Positions 31,998-39,142 of a stretch of 52,478 bases of DNA are shown piece after piece. The DNA comes from Candidatus Altiarchaeota archaeon. Its GTDB lineage: Archaea > Altiarchaeota > Altiarchaeia > JAFGQM01. The notes below the pieces were generated by a model. The model was not told the DNA's origin. It was given only the letters and a program-made list of their open reading frames with translations, and made no database searches. The position numbers and the translations under genes are program-made. Numbering within the stretch: position 1 is the stretch's first letter; each line of letters begins with the position of its first letter. Where the stretch lies: contig JBFYKJ010000056.1 of NCBI GenBank assembly GCA_041306005.1, positions 1 to 52,478 of the forward strand. The letters run 5' to 3'.

Positions 31998-32360
31998 TTA
32001 TCTGTAAACTTCAGTCTTCACCCCAGCCTTCTTCGCGGCGTCGGCGAACCACGCCTGCTTGCCGGATATGTAAAGCACGGTCTTTGTCTTCTTGGCGACA
32101 ACAAGCTCGCACGCCTGGCCCTCACTTATCGTCAGCTCGTACAAAAGCTTGGCCGCCGCCGAGAGCTCCTGTTCATTAAGCTTCACAGGGGTCAAAAACG
32201 GTTCCGGCGCGGCGAATGCCACATATATAAGCCCCTTGCCGGGCGCAATGCGGTCCTTAACCGGGTAAAGCGCGTTTGCGGCCTTCTGCTGGTCATAGAG
32301 CCCGCGGCTCATGGACGCTTTCCTCGGCTTTCCCCCGCCGCCGAAAAGGAATACGAACAT
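31998..32360 (-). CDS. Hypothetical protein
   Basis: 120-aa ORF immediately upstream of, and co-directional with, the peptidase gene. No family recognised. An alternative start is M17 at 32312. Confidence 0.45.
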   Translation of the reverse strand: MFVFLFGGGGKPRKASMSRGLYDQQKAANALYPVKDRIAPGKGLIYVAFAAPEPFLTPVKLNEQELSAAAKLLYELTISEGQACELVVAKKTKTVLYISGKQAWFADAAKKAGVKTEVYR

Positions 32361-32392
32361 TTTGTCAGTCGAACGATGTGAAGGATAAGTTA

Positions 32393-32447
32393 GTGTTATG
32401 CGCTCATAGGTTTGTGTTATGCGCTCATAGGTTTGTGTTATGCGCTC
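32393..32447. repeat. Perfect 21-bp tandem repeat, 2.6 copies (GTGTTATGCGCTCATAGGTTT)
   Basis: Units at 32393-32413 and 32414-32434, with a partial unit at 32435-32447. Located 33-87 nt upstream of the ATG at 32360. Confidence 0.9.
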
Positions 32448-32465
32448 CGAATGGAAGCACGCGGA

Positions 32466-33041
32466 TCACCGCCTGCGCTTCTTTTTCACCGCCGCGAAGC
32501 CCGAAACCCCCGCGAGCTCGGCCGGCGCGGAAGAGCCAAGGCCCGCCGCTATCCTGAGCTTCACCCTCTCGCCTTTGGCGACCGCCATGCCGCGCGGGTT
32601 TGAGACCGCATAATCCGCCTCCCTAACCCTCGAGAATAGGTCGTTTTTCACGTGCACGCCGACCCATCCCTTAGTCGAGAAGAGGACAGTCCCGTAGCAA
32701 TACCGCCGGCCCACGAAGTACTTGAGGGCGATTGTCATCAGTATTATCACCATCACAAGGCCAAATACCGTGTACATCGAGCCGAAGTCCATTGCTGAGA
32801 GCGGGACGGACTTTATGACCAGTATCAGCACCAGGAAGACCGCTTCATATGCGATGAAGACGAATGCGTACTTCTTCCAGTCCTCCGGGTAGTCGCGGGC
32901 GAACTCGCCCCGGGCTATCGGGAATTGGAGCAGGAACAGGGCCGCCGCGGGGATGAGGAGCAGCGGCTCCAGCAGGAACGCGAATGTTATCAGGAAGAGA
33001 AATGCAGTCATCAGCACCTGGAGCTTTGCAAGCGAGTTCAT
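32466..33041 (-). CDS. Integral membrane protein with a C-terminal soluble beta-rich domain (DUF2101-like by eye)
   Basis: Start at ATG 33041 (MNSLAKLQVLMTAF). About 4 TM, then GRRYCYGTVLFSTKGWVGVHVKNDL...GERVKLRI. The N-terminal 87 codons of the track ORF are rejected. Confidence 0.55.
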   Translation of the reverse strand: MNSLAKLQVLMTAFLFLITFAFLLEPLLLIPAAALFLLQFPIARGEFARDYPEDWKKYAFVFIAYEAVFLVLILVIKSVPLSAMDFGSMYTVFGLVMVIILMTIALKYFVGRRYCYGTVLFSTKGWVGVHVKNDLFSRVREADYAVSNPRGMAVAKGERVKLRIAAGLGSSAPAELAGVSGFAAVKKKRRR

Positions 33042-33152
33042 GCGGATAATAACGAGGCCGGAATAAAAAACACCGCGCGGGGCGGGGCAGCCCCCGCAAG
33101 GGCTCTCTGCCGGCCGGGCCCCGCTTTTAACCCCCAAGAGGGAAAAATACCT

Positions 33153-33752
33153 GTGGAAACTGAGAGCATTCCCGATATTGCGCGAGAAGCGGGGCAGGAT
33201 GCCGAGCATCAAACGCCCAGCCAGGGCGCCGGCCAGCAGGCGCCTGAGCATGGCGGGCACCACGCCCCCGGGCACGGCGCCGGAGAGCAGGCGCCGGGGC
33301 ACGAGGGCGCAGGCAGCCTCGCGCCGCAGGAGACCAAACGGCTTGTGGAAGCAATCGAGGCGGGCATCAGGGATGGCAGGACCCTTGAGTCCCTAAAGAA
33401 GGCCATGGAGGATGTCGGGTACAAAGAGGCCGAGATAAGGGGGATAGTGTCAAAGGTCGACAGGGCGAAGACCATAAGGAGGGCGTCGAGGAAAAAGAAG
33501 CCCCGGCACAACACCGGCTGGATAGCGGCAGGGGTTGCAACACTCGCGGTGGTAATACTCGTATCGTACATAGCAGTCATCGAGCCCTCGCAGAGGCCGC
33601 AAGGCATTGAGGGCGGGATATTCGAGGAAGCCGGCCTCACCAAGAACACGACTGCGGGCAGGATATGCTACGTCATTAACGAGAGCATCAAGCAGAAGAT
33701 GATAGACTCGGGGGCCGAGTGCGACAAGTGGTTCCTGATCAAGGAGATATAA
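33153..33752 (+). CDS. Hypothetical single-pass membrane protein with a His/Gly/Ala/Pro/Gln-rich N-terminus
   Basis: There is no ATG before residue M of AMEDV. GTG 33153 or GTG 33345 are possible starts. It contains a helical LESLKKAMEDVGYKEAEIRGIV segment, one TM (WIAAGVATLAVVILVSYIAVI) and an extracytoplasmic tail with 2 Cys. Confidence 0.45.
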   Translation: METESIPDIAREAGQDAEHQTPSQGAGQQAPEHGGHHAPGHGAGEQAPGHEGAGSLAPQETKRLVEAIEAGIRDGRTLESLKKAMEDVGYKEAEIRGIVSKVDRAKTIRRASRKKKPRHNTGWIAAGVATLAVVILVSYIAVIEPSQRPQGIEGGIFEEAGLTKNTTAGRICYVINESIKQKMIDSGAECDKWFLIKEI

Positions 33753-33785
33753 GAGATAGCAATAAGGGATTCTTGCAAGCATCAG

Positions 33786-34436
33786 TCATGCGAGCTTCGC
33801 GTTCCTTATGAACGCCTTCATCTTCTCCGGGTCCTTCAGCCCTGGCTCGTACTCGACGCCGCTCGAGACGTCGACCGCATAAGGCCTGACTCGCCTCACT
33901 GCGTCGGCGATGTTTTCCGGTTTTAGGCCGCCCGCCATGATGACCGGCCTCTGCGAGAGGTTCCTCATGACGGCGGCTATCGACCAGTCATAAGTCTTTC
34001 CCGTGCCGCCTATTTCCTTCCCGGCCTTTGTGTCAAGAAGTATGTAATCCGCCATCTCGCCGAGCTTTGACAGCCTCGACTTGAGCGCGTCGGTGACGCC
34101 CTTAAGCTCGGCATCTATTGATATATTAGCTATCACCGTCGGGACGAGCTCCTTTATCTCAAAGTATTCATCGAAAGTGAGAGGCGCGTGGAGCTGGAGG
34201 ATATTGGTCCCCGCGGCCTCGAAGCTGTTTATTATCTCGTCCACATCCTGCGAATGGGTGACTAAGACCGTGGGGACTATCGGCCCTATCTCGGTGATTA
34301 TTCTGGCTATCTCATCCGGCGTGAGATACCGCGGGGAGTTCTCCGCATTCACAAAGCCCAGTAGGTCGGCCCCTAAATCCATCGCCAGGATGGCGTCCTC
34401 GGGATTCGTCAAACCGCAGATCTTGACAAAGGTCAT
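33786..34436 (-). CDS. trpF: Phosphoribosylanthranilate isomerase
   Basis: VKICGLTNPEDA, GADLLGFV, ILLDTKAGKEIGGTGKTYDW, AGGLKPENI. Confidence 0.88.
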   Translation of the reverse strand: MTFVKICGLTNPEDAILAMDLGADLLGFVNAENSPRYLTPDEIARIITEIGPIVPTVLVTHSQDVDEIINSFEAAGTNILQLHAPLTFDEYFEIKELVPTVIANISIDAELKGVTDALKSRLSKLGEMADYILLDTKAGKEIGGTGKTYDWSIAAVMRNLSQRPVIMAGGLKPENIADAVRRVRPYAVDVSSGVEYEPGLKDPEKMKAFIRNAKLA

Positions 34437-34467
34437 CGTCTATATCGTCTATAGGGAATACGGGGCG

Positions 34468-35241
34468 TCACTTCTCAACCAATTCATTAACCGCCTTCTC
34501 CAAATCGGGCGCAGTCATCAAGCTGCTCCCCACAAGCGCGGCATCCGCGTATTTCAGGACGAAATCCAAATCAACCCGCGACTTCACCCCGCTCTCCGAG
34601 ACCTTCAGCTTGCCCGCCGGGAGTTTGGCAGACAGCTCTTTTGTCGTATTCAAATCGACCTTCAGGTCCCTTAGGTTGCGGTTGTTTATCCCGATGAGGT
34701 CCGACCCCGTCGAGAGGGCGAAGTCTATCTCCGAGGCGTCGTGGATTTCCACCAAACATTCCATCCCGAGCTTCTTCGCACGGTCGTAGAACGTCCCGAC
34801 GTCCTCGCCTAAAACAGATACCATCAGGAGCACCGCATCCGCGCCGTAGTGCTTGGCCTCAAGGAGCTGGTACTCGTCGACTATGAAATCCTTCCGCATT
34901 ACAGGTATCTTCGTCGAGACCTTCGCCTCCATCAAGTTTTCCAGACTGCCCTGGAAGTAAAACGGCTCGGTCAGGACAGAGAGGGCGCACGCGCCGCCCT
35001 TCTCCATCGCCTTCGCGGCCTTCGCGGCGTCTATGCCGCTTGCCAGCATCCCCTGGCTCGGGGACGCTGGCTTTATCTCGGTTATCAACGCGTTCTTCGA
35101 CCGCTTCGCCTTTTCGATAGACTCCTTAAGGCTCCGCGTCTTGGCCTCGAGGTTGAAGAGGGCCGCGGGTATCTTGCGCTTGCGTATCTCCAGCTCGACG
35201 CGGGTCTTCGCGACTATTTTTTCTAAAACGGTCTCTTCCAT
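34468..35241 (-). CDS. trpC: Indole-3-glycerol phosphate synthase
   Basis: ALITEIKPASPSQG, LSVLTEPFYFQGS, RKDFIVDEYQ, GINNRNLRDLKVDL. ATG 35241 lies 1 nt after the trpD stop and is preferred over the track start at 35265. Confidence 0.9.
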   Translation of the reverse strand: MEETVLEKIVAKTRVELEIRKRKIPAALFNLEAKTRSLKESIEKAKRSKNALITEIKPASPSQGMLASGIDAAKAAKAMEKGGACALSVLTEPFYFQGSLENLMEAKVSTKIPVMRKDFIVDEYQLLEAKHYGADAVLLMVSVLGEDVGTFYDRAKKLGMECLVEIHDASEIDFALSTGSDLIGINNRNLRDLKVDLNTTKELSAKLPAGKLKVSESGVKSRVDLDFVLKYADAALVGSSLMTAPDLEKAVNELVEK

Positions 35242-35242
35242 C

Positions 35243-36265
35243 TTATGGGTTTGATACTTCAACAAGTTTTTCCAGCGCCCGCAACGCTTTCCCCGAGTCG
35301 ATGCTCTTCTCTGCCAGGACGATGCCGTCCTTCAGGCTCTTCGCTTTTCCTCCGACGTATATCGCGGCCGCGGCATTGAGCACAACGATGTCCCTCTTAG
35401 CCCCTTTCTCCTTGCCCGAAAGGATGCGCTTAATGACATCCGCGTTCCCCTCCGGGGTCCCGCCCTTCAGGTCTGCCGGCTTTGCCTTTCTGAGGCCCAC
35501 ACCCTCGGGCTTAAGGAAGAATGTAAGTATCGAGCCGCCCCTAAGTTCGGAAACCTTTGTTTCCCCCAAAGTGGATATCTCATCCAGCCCGTCCATCCCG
35601 TGGACGACCATGGCGTGCTCTACGCCCAGCTCGTGAAGCACCCTCGCCAGTTTTTCAGTCAGCTCCGCGTCGTACACCCCCAGCACCTGCCGCTTCACCT
35701 CAGCCGGGCTGATGATCGGGCCGAGGATATTAAAAACAGTCCTAGTCGCGAGCTGCTTCCTGGCTTCAGCGACGTGCTTCATCGCCCCGTGGTAAGAGCG
35801 CGCGAACATGAAGCCTATTCCGGCGTTCTTAATGCACCTGATTACGCCCTCGGGGCCGAGGTCTATCTTCACCCCAAGTTTTTCCAAGACGTCCGCGGAG
35901 CCTGAAGAAGACGACACTGCGCGGTTGCCGTGCTTCGCCACGGGAACCCCGGCACCTGCTGCGACGAAAGCGGCCGCTGTGGAGATGTTAAACGTCTTTA
36001 CCCCGTCGCCCCCCGAGCCGCACGTGTCGACGAGCGAATCCGCCAAACTCTTCGGCTCGATTGTGACGCGTGTCGCGAATTTCCTTAGGACTTTTGCAAA
36101 AGCGGTTATCTCCCCGGCCGTTTCCCCTTTCTCCTTCAGCCCTAAGAGGAACATCTTTATCTCCTCGTCTGAGACCTTGCCGGACATTATCTTCTGCATC
36201 GCGTCCGCTGCCTCTTTCCCGGTGAGGTCCTGCCCTGCGTCCAGCTTTGCGAGGATCTGTTCCAT
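35243..36265 (-). CDS. trpD: Anthranilate phosphoribosyltransferase
   Basis: DTCGSGGDGVKTFNISTAAAFVAAGAGVPVAKHGNRAVSSSSGSADVLE. Confidence 0.92.
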   Translation of the reverse strand: MEQILAKLDAGQDLTGKEAADAMQKIMSGKVSDEEIKMFLLGLKEKGETAGEITAFAKVLRKFATRVTIEPKSLADSLVDTCGSGGDGVKTFNISTAAAFVAAGAGVPVAKHGNRAVSSSSGSADVLEKLGVKIDLGPEGVIRCIKNAGIGFMFARSYHGAMKHVAEARKQLATRTVFNILGPIISPAEVKRQVLGVYDAELTEKLARVLHELGVEHAMVVHGMDGLDEISTLGETKVSELRGGSILTFFLKPEGVGLRKAKPADLKGGTPEGNADVIKRILSGKEKGAKRDIVVLNAAAAIYVGGKAKSLKDGIVLAEKSIDSGKALRALEKLVEVSNP

Positions 36266-36448
36266 GAGTTCCAGCTAGATTATACGATGAATTATATTAA
36301 ACGGCTTTGCACCCCCTACAACGGATTTTTATGCGCCCAGCCGCTAATATCACCGGCCCGGGTCTTAAATACTTTATCTCCTTATAGCAGTGCGCCCGCT
36401 CGGGTGGCCCGCACATGCGTGCGCGCCCGTCATGCGCATCCATTCAAC

Positions 36449-38056
36449 ATGGGGGTAGGAAGGATAATAGGCACGACGTCGCTGAAGAAATACCTCTTCG
36501 CCGTGACTAAAGAGGGCGAGAGGTTCGCGAGGAAGGACGACTTCGTGTCTGCGGTGGAGCCCGTGACCGGCAAGGAGGTCATCGGCATAATCAAGGAGGT
36601 GACCGCCTCAAACCAGCTTTTGCCCGACGAGTTCGCCCGCGAGAGCGCGATGAGCGAGTTCGTCGAGAGCTACGGGCTTGACGACGGGGAGTACCTTGTG
36701 GGGATAGTCGATGTCCTCGGCCACCTTGACGCGGATACGGGCGGCCTTGAGCTTCCGAAATACAGCCTGCGCCCGGCAAGCGAGGTGTCGATGACAAAGG
36801 ACGAGACCATCGCAAGGCTCCTTGAGGTCCCCGGGAATAAGGCGATACCCGTCGGCTGCGTAGCGACGAGGCCTAAAGTTGACGTCCAGCTTGACGCTAA
36901 CAAACTGGTCGGCACCCACTGCGCGATACTTGCGATGACAGGGGCCGGGAAGTCTTACACTGGGGGCGTGATTATAGAGGAGCTCCTTAAGAAAGGCGGC
37001 GCCATCGTGGTCTTCGACCCGCATGGAGAATACAAATACCTAGGCTACAAGAGCGACGGGAGCGAGTCCGAGATCAATGAGAAAGTCAGGGTCCTCGGGA
37101 TAGGGAGGCTGGCGGAAAAGAGGCTTAAGATGAAGGCGAGCGGGCTGACGGCCGAGGACATCGCCGCGATGGCCGCCGGGACGACCGAGACCCAAAGGGA
37201 CATGCTCTACGCCGTCATAGACATCTGCGCCGAGAAGAAGCGGGACTACACCCTGCGCGACATGACAGAGGTGCTCGGCATGGTCCTTGAGGCAAAAGGG
37301 AATGAGAAGGGCGGCGACAACGGGGATGAGATAACCATCAGCAGCCTTGAGTCCGACGTCCTGAAGCTTGCGAAGAAGGCGCATGCGTCGACGACGTCCG
37401 CATTGCTCCGCAGGCTGGAGAACCTCCAGAGGTCCGGCCTCATCGCCGAGGACGAAACAAAGCTTGGGGAATTGATTTCCACCAACCAGGTTACCGTCAT
37501 AGATCTATCCGGCGTCCCAGAGTCGATAAAGGAGATAGTCGTCTCGGCCCTCGCGAGAAAGATATTCTACGCGCGGATGAACCACGTGAACGACGCGATG
37601 GGCGAGAAGCTCGAGGTCCCCTGCCTGATGGTGCTCGAGGAGGCGCACAACTTCGTCCCGAGGGAGTTTGAGAAGGAGATAGTCTCGCGGGGGATATTGA
37701 GGAGGATAGCCCGCGAAGGGAGGAAGTTCGGGGTGGGGCTGTGTTTGGTGTCTCAGCGGCCTTCGCGTCTCGACCAAGATGTCCTCTCCCAGTGCGGCAC
37801 GCAGATAATCATGAGGATAGTCAATCCCCTCGACCAGGACTTCATCAGGAAGTCGGCAGAAGCGGTCACCGAGGACGTGATTCGGGACCTGCCGGGGCTT
37901 GGTAGGGGCGAGGCGATAATCACCGGCTCCGCGATAAACTTTCCGATGCACGTGAAGATCAAGAAGAGGGACACAAAGCCCGGCGGGTGTGATATAGATA
38001 TAATAGGAGAGTGGAACCGGCCCGTCGTGAAGCCGGGCTCTGCAGGCCGAAAGTAA
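36449..38056 (+). CDS. HerA/FtsK-superfamily ATPase (DUF87-type, HerA-like)
   Basis: N-terminal barrel-like region, Walker A AILAMTGAGKSYTGG, Walker B CLMVLEEAHNFVP, and an Arg-finger region LVSQRPSRLD. Start at ATG 36449. The 54 upstream codons of the track ORF are rejected. There is no NurA-like neighbour. Confidence 0.78.
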   Translation: MGVGRIIGTTSLKKYLFAVTKEGERFARKDDFVSAVEPVTGKEVIGIIKEVTASNQLLPDEFARESAMSEFVESYGLDDGEYLVGIVDVLGHLDADTGGLELPKYSLRPASEVSMTKDETIARLLEVPGNKAIPVGCVATRPKVDVQLDANKLVGTHCAILAMTGAGKSYTGGVIIEELLKKGGAIVVFDPHGEYKYLGYKSDGSESEINEKVRVLGIGRLAEKRLKMKASGLTAEDIAAMAAGTTETQRDMLYAVIDICAEKKRDYTLRDMTEVLGMVLEAKGNEKGGDNGDEITISSLESDVLKLAKKAHASTTSALLRRLENLQRSGLIAEDETKLGELISTNQVTVIDLSGVPESIKEIVVSALARKIFYARMNHVNDAMGEKLEVPCLMVLEEAHNFVPREFEKEIVSRGILRRIAREGRKFGVGLCLVSQRPSRLDQDVLSQCGTQIIMRIVNPLDQDFIRKSAEAVTEDVIRDLPGLGRGEAIITGSAINFPMHVKIKKRDTKPGGCDIDIIGEWNRPVVKPGSAGRK

Positions 38057-38215
38057 GGCGTTAAAATTCTTAGGAGTACGCATCGGGTTAGATTCTTTAG
38101 AAGTAGGGGCCCGGCGCCTTGCGGCGCCGCGGGCTTTCAGGCTTTCGCCTGCATTGGGGGTGGTAAGTGTGCGGCCCGTTAGGGCCTGTCGCGGCTTGTC
38201 GCCGCGGGTTCTGGG

Positions 38216-38426
38216 TGGGTTGTGCTTGGGTGCTGGCTCTCTAATGTTCTTGGGTTGTGCTTGGGGTTTTGACAGCTTTCTTGGGTTGTGCTTGGGAGAT
38301 TTGGGTTGTGCTTGGGTTTTCTGGTTTCTTGATTGTTGGTGGGTTGTGCTTGGGAGATTTGGGCATGAGGTTCGCTGAAAGCGAACCTATGCCCAAGTTC
38401 TCTGTGAACTTTGGGTTGTGCTTGGG
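38216..38426 (+). repeat. Array of six perfect direct copies of the 15-mer TGGGTTGTGCTTGGG with irregular spacing
   Basis: Copies at 38216-38230, 38251-38265, 38282-38296, 38302-38316, 38340-38354 and 38412-38426. Gaps are 20, 16, 5, 23 and 57 nt. Copies 3 and 5 share the extension AGATTTGGG. The array lies between the 3' ends of two convergent genes. Confidence 0.9.
38359..38396. other. Stable hairpin inside the 15-mer array
   Basis: TTGGGCATGAGGTTCGC (38359-38375), loop TGAAA, then GCGAACCTATGCCCAA (38381-38396). The stem is 16 bp with one bulged base. It may act as a bidirectional terminator or belong to a small RNA. Confidence 0.6.
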
Positions 38427-38436
38427 TGTCGGCAGA

Positions 38437-38898
38437 TCAGCTTACGGGCGGCTTGGGAGCCACATAATACACTGTCCTGCCAGAGTGAACCTTGTCAAGG
38501 GCGCCCATCGTGAAGAGCTTGTGCAGGCGCGCGGACGCGGCGTGCTTGCCGCGGTACTGGAGGTGCTTTTGCAAATCCTCGGCCGTGGCCCTCTCGTGGG
38601 CGACCACAAAGTCGAGGATCTCCCGGTCCTTCTTGCTAAGCGTGAGTGAGTCATGACTCTTCGAGGTCTCAAGCGTGGCTATCCTCTCGTCGATGTCGGC
38701 AAGCCTGCGGTTGAGGTCGACTAGAAGGGAGTTGAAATTGTCCATCGCGGCCTTCAGGCCGAGGAATATCTGGGAGAACGTAAGCGGGTTATCGGCTATG
38801 GCCTTGTATTTCTCAAGCACCTCGGTAAGCTCCCTCATCTGGTCTCCCAGGTTAAGGGTGTATTTTTGAGGTGTGAACTTGTCCCGCGACTCTTCCAT
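38437..38898 (-). CDS. Coiled-coil + C-terminal winged-helix transcription-regulator-like protein
   Basis: 153 aa from ATG 38898. The N-terminal helical region (LVDLNRRLADIDERIATLE) is followed by LSKKDREILDFVVAHERATAEDLQKHLQYRGKHAASARLHKLFTMGALDKV, which is wHTH-like. Confidence 0.6.
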   Translation of the reverse strand: MEESRDKFTPQKYTLNLGDQMRELTEVLEKYKAIADNPLTFSQIFLGLKAAMDNFNSLLVDLNRRLADIDERIATLETSKSHDSLTLSKKDREILDFVVAHERATAEDLQKHLQYRGKHAASARLHKLFTMGALDKVHSGRTVYYVAPKPPVS

Positions 38899-38902
38899 AT
38901 TA

Positions 38903-38955
38903 ATCACGACTCCCAAATCCGAATCGTGATATAATCACGACGCACTCTATATAAA
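38903..38955 (-). promoter_or_regulatory. Promoter/operator of the wHTH gene: TATA-like TTTATATA plus a perfect palindrome TCGTGAT-ATA-ATCACGA and an extra half-site
   Basis: The TATA-like box is at 38948-38955 (minus strand TTTATATA). The palindrome is at 38924-38940. A further ATCACGA is at 38903-38909. All lie between the TATA box and the ATG at 38898. Confidence 0.5.
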
Positions 38956-39142
38956 TACGCCTTTTTTGGCGGGAACGGGGAGGACTAATGTCTAAAAAAA
39001 GATGTTTTACAAAACACTAAAAAGCCTGCGAGAACCTAATCCTTTTTATAGATTTAGCCTATAGATTACCGCCTTGGGAATCTTAGGGGGTCAATTTCCC
39101 TCAGGCATCGAATAACTTCTTCCTAAAGAGGGGTCGCGCGGC

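Noticed and set aside
33200-33340. Overlapping ORFs on both strands (33127-33354, 33178-33396, 33209-33649) in the GC-rich repetitive segment
   Set aside because: They are alternative frames of an imperfectly repeated GC-rich stretch. Only the frame continuing into the helical and TM-containing protein (to 33752) looks protein-like. Its exact start remains uncertain.
36287-36448. N-terminal extensions proposed by the ORF track (HerA-like 36287, S6e to 42286, PdxT to 16470, membrane protein to 33302, Pcc1 to 8722, paralog 2 from 5101)
   Set aside because: The extensions overlap neighbouring genes or promoters and are non-conserved or low-complexity. In each case an internal ATG reproduces the canonical family N-terminus.
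38057-38215. tRNA or other small RNA gene in the GC-rich hairpin-forming stretch; likewise 42065-42288, 36266-36448 and 13062-13231
   Set aside because: I could not fold a cloverleaf. There is no GTTCRANYC T-loop and no matching acceptor stems. No clear C/D-box pairs (RUGAUGA...CUGA) were seen. An unrecognised ncRNA cannot be excluded without covariance-model searches.
38216-38426. Possible CRISPR array (regularly recurring identical short sequence)
   Set aside because: The repeat is only 15 nt. The spacers are 5-57 nt and irregular. There is no leader or cas genes, and two spacers are themselves partly repeated. This is not CRISPR-like.
38154-38649. Track ORFs 38154-38378 and 38257-38649 (+), encoding repetitive LGCAWG / GLCLG peptides
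   Set aside because: They are translation artefacts of the 15-mer DNA repeat. They have alternative start codons, no coding-like composition, and overlap the 3' end of the wHTH gene.
38899-39142. A/T-rich 244-nt region plus nearby iterons as a chromosomal replication origin
   Set aside because: There is no orc1/cdc6 gene adjacent and no recognisable ORB or mini-ORB element. The A/T-rich stretch is adequately explained as a divergent promoter with TATA boxes and an operator. An origin of an integrated element cannot be fully excluded.
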